From IMG/VR virus record IMGVR_UViG_2757320713_000001, positions 1 to 32,735 of that record: a stretch of 32,735 bases of DNA; one strand, given 5' to 3'. Below, one piece after another: positions 28,092 to 32,735 of the stretch. How positions within the stretch are numbered: the stretch's first letter is position 1; each line of letters starts with the position of its first letter. A model generated the notes under the pieces. It searched no databases, was not told where the DNA came from, and worked only from the letters and a program-made list of their open reading frames with translations. Source of the stretch: a virus. The position numbers and the translations under genes were made by a program.

Positions 28092-28994
28092 ATGAAATTG
28101 GTATTTGGCATTTCTAGTTCAAGAAGTTATTTTTTTAAAACTAATTTTCCAATTTTAGTTAATCAACTAAGATTTAAAAGAAAAACATGGAGAAATGAAA
28201 CTTGGGTTGATAGTGGCGGATTTCAAATTATAATGCATAACTTAAAAATTTCTGTAAATGATGTCTTGCAAAAGTATAAAAGTGTTAATGCTTACGCATT
28301 TTTTTCTCTCGATATTCCTAGCGTTTTTGCACCTCTTGACAAACGGAATTTTGAATATTTTGAGTATCTCTACACAAAAATTGAATGGATAGAAAAAATT
28401 ATACCAGTTTTACATATTTATCCACTTCAAGATTTGGATAAAGCTATTGATTTTTACAAACAATACAGTTATTATTTTGCAATTGGCGGAATAATGACTT
28501 CTAGCAAATTAAGAGTTTTACAATATACATTTCCATGGATTTATTACCTAAAAAGAAAAGTATCTTATCTTCACGTTCTCGGTATATCATCTCCATATTT
28601 TTTACAAATTTTTAATAATATACAAAGCATGGATACCGCATTTTGTTCAATAATTTCAGCATTTAAAGAAATAATTTGGGTTAATGGATCTAGGAGATAT
28701 ATTGGAAATATGAAAACAAAAAGGGAAAGATATAAAATTACAAAAGAAGAAAAAGAACAATTGTTTGAATTTTTAGATAAGCATAATTTCCCATTTGAAT
28801 ATGACTTAAATAATAGGCATATTTTAGAACTAATAAACGCTTATATTCTATTGTATCATAATTGGAAAATTAAGAATAAGTATACTGAATATGCAGAAAA
28901 ACTTAGAAAAATGGGATTAGACAGTTTGACAAGCGAGTTAATTAGAAATTATAAAATTGCAAATGAAATATTAAAACAGAAAAGAGAAAAATAG
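28092..28994 (+). CDS. tRNA-guanine transglycosylase-like (TGT/DpdA-related) protein (300 aa)
   Basis: WVDSGGFQ, FSLDIP, IIPVLH, FAIGG, LHVLG and SMDT motifs of the TGT barrel; 2 bp after the permease. Confidence 0.85.
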   Translation: MKLVFGISSSRSYFFKTNFPILVNQLRFKRKTWRNETWVDSGGFQIIMHNLKISVNDVLQKYKSVNAYAFFSLDIPSVFAPLDKRNFEYFEYLYTKIEWIEKIIPVLHIYPLQDLDKAIDFYKQYSYYFAIGGIMTSSKLRVLQYTFPWIYYLKRKVSYLHVLGISSPYFLQIFNNIQSMDTAFCSIISAFKEIIWVNGSRRYIGNMKTKRERYKITKEEKEQLFEFLDKHNFPFEYDLNNRHILELINAYILLYHNWKIKNKYTEYAEKLRKMGLDSLTSELIRNYKIANEILKQKREK

Positions 28995-29008
28995 AAGATA
29001 AAAAAATA

Positions 29009-29566
29009 TTAACTTAATAATTTGTCTAATTGCTCATCATAAATTACTTCAACCTTTCCATCTTTAATCACTATTTTACCTGACAAATTCTCGCCGAAAT
29101 ATTGTATCAAATATCCGTATCCAGCAGTTCTAACTCTACCGCTTATGCTATACTGAATTTCTACATCTCCATTACAATAAAGATGTTTAACCTCTCCGAG
29201 ACTTCCTCTAGGACTTCTCAATATTTCAAAATCTTCACATTCACCGCTAAGCACTTTGAAATAAACACCGCCTCTATAACCTGATGGTAATTCAATAACA
29301 TATAATGTATTTCCCGGTTCAAACTTTATGATTGGAGTTCCCTTTTCTGTTACAACAATTTTTGCATTTGCTAATTTTACCGTAAACTCATTAACTCTAT
29401 CAAATTCTATAAAACTTCCATTTTCACCGCTTTCTACAAATCTTCCACTGAAATATATAACTCTTCCTCTAGCTCTATCACCAATTTCAGTTATATCCAA
29501 TGCCTTGTCCTCAAAAAATGGATATTTCTCATCTTTTAAACTAACTTGAACTTTTAACTTATTCAT
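29009..29566 (-). CDS. 185-aa beta-rich hypothetical early protein
   Basis: Class A promoter and GGTGA SD; Gly/Arg motifs SGYRGG and RSPRGSLG. Confidence 0.8.
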   Translation of the reverse strand: MNKLKVQVSLKDEKYPFFEDKALDITEIGDRARGRVIYFSGRFVESGENGSFIEFDRVNEFTVKLANAKIVVTEKGTPIIKFEPGNTLYVIELPSGYRGGVYFKVLSGECEDFEILRSPRGSLGEVKHLYCNGDVEIQYSISGRVRTAGYGYLIQYFGENLSGKIVIKDGKVEVIYDEQLDKLLS

Positions 29567-29825
29567 TCTCTTATCACCAATATCTATTATGTAAATCTTT
29601 GTATTTAAAGTTATCTCTTAATTTTTACGTTTATATCTTACGCTATTTTTATCATTAAATTTCTTACTGTATAATTCCTCTTGATTTTAAAATATTATCC
29701 CAAAATTGAGAAAAAATAAGCATGAAGATAGATGATAAAGAGTAGAAAAATAAAATTAATAAGTTAAAAATTATAGATTAACAAAAAGAAAAAAATTATA
29801 GATAAAAAACGATTAATTTAAAACT

Positions 29826-30548
29826 TTAATCAACTTTATGACTTTTAGGTCTTGGATGCGTTATTAAATAATATTTATTTCCACTTAGCATAACTGAATT
29901 TTCGCCATGGTCTGCTGATTTCATAACAAATGTTGTAGAATTTTGAAGATATATCAAAAATGCAATACCAGGTGTTGAAAATAAATCAGTTGCTAATACA
30001 GGATTTGAAAATTGTATCTCATGATTATAAATTGTCAAACTGTTTACATGATTGAGACTAAGATTTAATTCGCTATTTGGTGGTGGAACTTCATAAATTT
30101 CCAAATTGCCTTGATTAAAAACTAAAGAAAATTGATATAATTGTCCTTTAATAAATATATCGAAAAAGTCTATTGCATAATTGGTATAATTAATAAGTAA
30201 TTTTTTAGAATTAAGATTTGAAAGTTCTATTTGTTTTAATATAAAGTTTTTCATATCCTCTAAACTTCTTGTAATTTTATTTCTTCTATAAACTGAAATT
30301 ATTGATGGAGCTGGCGTATAATATATGCCTTTAGTTTCATCTAATTGATTACCATCATACTTAAAACAACCGTTAAACGTTAATCCTGACCTAGAAATAT
30401 ATTTAGAACAATTTACATAATGATTTGAAATTAACGAAATTTTTGTAACTTGACCATTTGAATGTTTCAACATAAAAACGATTGGCAAATATTTTATTTG
30501 TTTTAAAATTTTAACTTCATACTTTTTTTGGTCTTCAACTTGGGACAT
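29826..30548 (-). CDS. acrIIIB1: AcrIIIB1 homologue (type III-B anti-CRISPR)
   Basis: YVNCSKYISRSGLTFNGC, GIYYTPAPSIIS, NYAIDFFDIFIKGQLYQF, IYNHEIQFSNPV, TPG, SADH and THPRPK align with recalled SIRV2 gp48; GGGTGA SD before ATG 30548. Confidence 0.85.
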   Translation of the reverse strand: MSQVEDQKKYEVKILKQIKYLPIVFMLKHSNGQVTKISLISNHYVNCSKYISRSGLTFNGCFKYDGNQLDETKGIYYTPAPSIISVYRRNKITRSLEDMKNFILKQIELSNLNSKKLLINYTNYAIDFFDIFIKGQLYQFSLVFNQGNLEIYEVPPPNSELNLSLNHVNSLTIYNHEIQFSNPVLATDLFSTPGIAFLIYLQNSTTFVMKSADHGENSVMLSGNKYYLITHPRPKSHKVD

Positions 30549-30577
30549 ACGACTTATCACCCGTAAATGAAAATATG

Positions 30578-30666
30578 TTATATGACAAATTTATAACTTT
30601 CTTTATTTTTCGATTTACAAACTTTCTAAAATGTTAGTATTACTATTTGAAACGTGAGAAAAATTA
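30578..30666 (-). repeat. 89-bp upstream module, second copy at 31346-31434
   Basis: Ungapped hand alignment, about 74/89 identical, including TATA-TTGTCATATAA and CTAAAATGTTAGTATTA. Confidence 0.85.
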
Positions 30667-30727
30667 TGCATGGAGAAAGAAAACAAAAAACAAAAAAATA
30701 AAAAATAAAGAATACGAAAGAAAAAAA

Positions 30728-31042
30728 TTAGTATATATTCCAAAGTAATAAAGCAATTAGCTTTAAAATTTCTTCACGCGTACCTTCAATTACTTTTTCA
30801 TTGTTTACATCTTTGTAAACTTTATAAAGCCTTGCAATTTTTTGTAGTATCTTAACAAAATCAATATCTTCTGGATTTAAATAAGTAAAGCTAATTTCAT
30901 TTTTCGTATCATTTATTCTTATGTTCAATTTGTTATATTCTATAGACTTTCCCTTTACTTCAGCTAACTGAATTAAAAAATTAACATTAACTTGTTGTTC
31001 CAATACCTCTTTCATTTGACTTTGACTTTTTTCTTGACTCAT
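30728..31042 (-). CDS. 104-aa hypothetical early protein
   Basis: Class A promoter, GGTGA SD before MSQEK. Confidence 0.78.
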   Translation of the reverse strand: MSQEKSQSQMKEVLEQQVNVNFLIQLAEVKGKSIEYNKLNIRINDTKNEISFTYLNPEDIDFVKILQKIARLYKVYKDVNNEKVIEGTREEILKLIALLLWNIY

Positions 31043-31129
31043 CTTTTTCACCATTATCTATTATCTCTAAACTTATATTTAAATTTTTCTCTATCTTTTC
31101 ATGTCTTCATTTTTCGACTTATAATTATG

Positions 31130-31318
31130 TTAATTTTCATGATCATTATACTTTCTTTCATAAATGACTTTCCCATGAATTTTTAATACACCAGTTCTAT
31201 CAAATTCAGCTAACGCATTCAAATACTCCTTGTAAGCTTTGATAATATAATCTATTCTATTATGCATTCTTTCTAGAATTTTTTTCTGCTCAGCAGTTAA
31301 TTTATGTACTCTTGTCAT
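31130..31318 (-). CDS. 62-aa small protein resembling a conserved ligamenviral family
   Basis: KLTAEQKKIL..IDYIIKAYKEYLNALAEFDRTGVLKIHGKVIY; own GTC-type promoter. Confidence 0.75.
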   Translation of the reverse strand: MTRVHKLTAEQKKILERMHNRIDYIIKAYKEYLNALAEFDRTGVLKIHGKVIYERKYNDHEN

Positions 31319-31527
31319 TTTTTATCATCTACAAATCATCATACGTTATATGACAAATTTAAAAGTATCTTTAATTTTAGATTTACGAATTTCCTAAAAT
31401 GTTAGTATTATTATCCCAAACATGAAAAAAAATATTGATAAAAATAGAAGATAATAAACATAAAAATAGGAAGTTAAAATATAAAATTATAAAAATAAAA
31501 TAAAATTAAGGAAAAAAGTTAAAAAAA

Positions 31528-31755
31528 TTATTGAATTTGTTGTTGTGAATTAAAACGAGAAACGAGAGAAGAAAATAATTTTTGTGCATATTTTTGATCA
31601 AATCCATGATAATAAAAAAATCTATTTTTTTCTGAAATTTTATAAACCGCAAATCTTGACTTTGAACAACAATTACATTTAGCTAAAGCAAAATTGTTCA
31701 TTTGTTGAACTATTTCAAAGTCATGAAATTTTACATCAATAATTTGAATCTTCAT
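31528..31755 (-). CDS. 75-aa hypothetical early protein
   Basis: Class A promoter GAGAAAACTTTAAATATAAGTTT; CNCC motif. Confidence 0.7.
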   Translation of the reverse strand: MKIQIIDVKFHDFEIVQQMNNFALAKCNCCSKSRFAVYKISEKNRFFYYHGFDQKYAQKLFSSLVSRFNSQQQIQ

Positions 31756-31916
31756 AACTCTCAATTATATATATGTCTAAACTTATATTTAAAGTTTTCT
31801 CTAAACGTTTATCTCTCTATCTATCTACTTTTTTATCTTATATTATCAATTTTTATCTCAAAATAGAAAATATAAAATAGAAGATAATAAAAATAAAAAT
31901 AAAAAAAACAATTAAC

Positions 31917-32255
31917 TTAATATAGACTTAATGACTTCCAGCCGGTAAAGAAATTGAAAACGTATACTATTTGATGTTTTTGGCTCTGTGAATTATATTT
32001 AATTCTTTCTTCAACCAGCAATATTACCGTATCACTCTTGGGAATAACAGCATATTCAAATTCTCTTGTATTATCATCAGCATCATTAGTATTCATCAAT
32101 ATCAATTCATATTCGCCATAAATCTGTTTGATTTTTGCGCTCCCATCTTTCCCTTTATACTCTTTAATTGTCAAAAAATATTTGGCCTCATTTCTTCCCT
32201 CTTTTATCGACTGTTCTATTAATTGATTGATTTGTTCATCGGTTAATTTTTTCAT
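31917..32255 (-). CDS. 112-aa hypothetical early protein
   Basis: Promoter partly supplied by the ITR, GGTGA SD; C-terminal VIPK..VYVF..GWK pattern recalled from small ligamenviral proteins. Confidence 0.78.
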   Translation of the reverse strand: MKKLTDEQINQLIEQSIKEGRNEAKYFLTIKEYKGKDGSAKIKQIYGEYELILMNTNDADDNTREFEYAVIPKSDTVILLVEERIKYNSQSQKHQIVYVFNFFTGWKSLSLY

Positions 32256-32291
32256 CTTTTCACCAACATATTATATGTAAATTCTCCTTTA

Positions 32292-32735
32292 TAAATTTTT
32301 CTCTCCTTTTTTAGATCTCTATTTTTCGTTTCTTCTCCATCATCTCTCTCTATAGAGAACGTGTAAATTCTGTCTCTCCAATTTCTCTCATAACTGCAGA
32401 GATAAATTGTTTCCTAACGGTGAAATCGCGTAAAAAAACCTATTTTGGGTTTGATCATAATTTATTAATTATAAACTACTAACTACATAACTATATAATT
32501 ATTATATTGTATAACTAGATAGTTCATATATTCTCAAAATTATTAAATCTCCTTACAATTTCCTCCATAAAATACTGATATAAATCCAAACTGTATACAG
32601 AATCTTCTATTGAATTGAAAGAAAAAAAGAAACTATATTTTTCACTTGAACTATAAAACTATAATTATTAAATTATAAACTACTAATTAGTAGTTAGCTA
32701 ATTATATAATATACTAACTATGTAGTTATATAATT
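32292..32735 (-). repeat. Right inverted terminal repeat, truncated
   Basis: Matches 1141-1584; the window ends mid-repeat. Confidence 0.95.

Noticed and set aside
23616-31186. ORFs 23616, 26032, 27684, 29102, 29328 and 30992
   Set aside because: Antisense overlaps of better-supported genes.
1-32735. tRNA, rRNA, integrase or transposase
   Set aside because: None recognisable by eye; tRNAscan and HMM searches were not run.

Overview
The window is a near-complete genome of a rudivirus (Rudiviridae, SIRV-like archaeal linear dsDNA virus of Sulfolobales; very AT-rich). It carries the rudiviral core: Cas4-like nuclease, Lon-like ATPase, ssDNA-binding protein, HUH Rep, pyramid egress protein, SvtR-like and other RHH regulators, 134-aa major capsid protein, three glycosyltransferases, Holliday junction resolvase, minor virion proteins, SAM methyltransferase and GNAT. 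The left end is a 594-bp fold-back palindrome with an imperfectly paired centre. The inverted terminal repeat is only partly present at the right end (1141-1584 = 32292-32735). Accessory content includes an AcrIIIB1 homologue, a permease plus TGT-like pair, an ATP-dependent ligase-like gene inserted among virion genes, and about a dozen small unknown genes in both arms, each behind one of two repeated promoter modules. I also found a palindromic motif upstream of structural genes, a candidate small RNA and several small ORFs missed by the track. All family and orthologue names come from recalled sequence motifs and synteny, not database searches. My recollection that the length matches the Yellowstone isolate SIRV10 is unverified.
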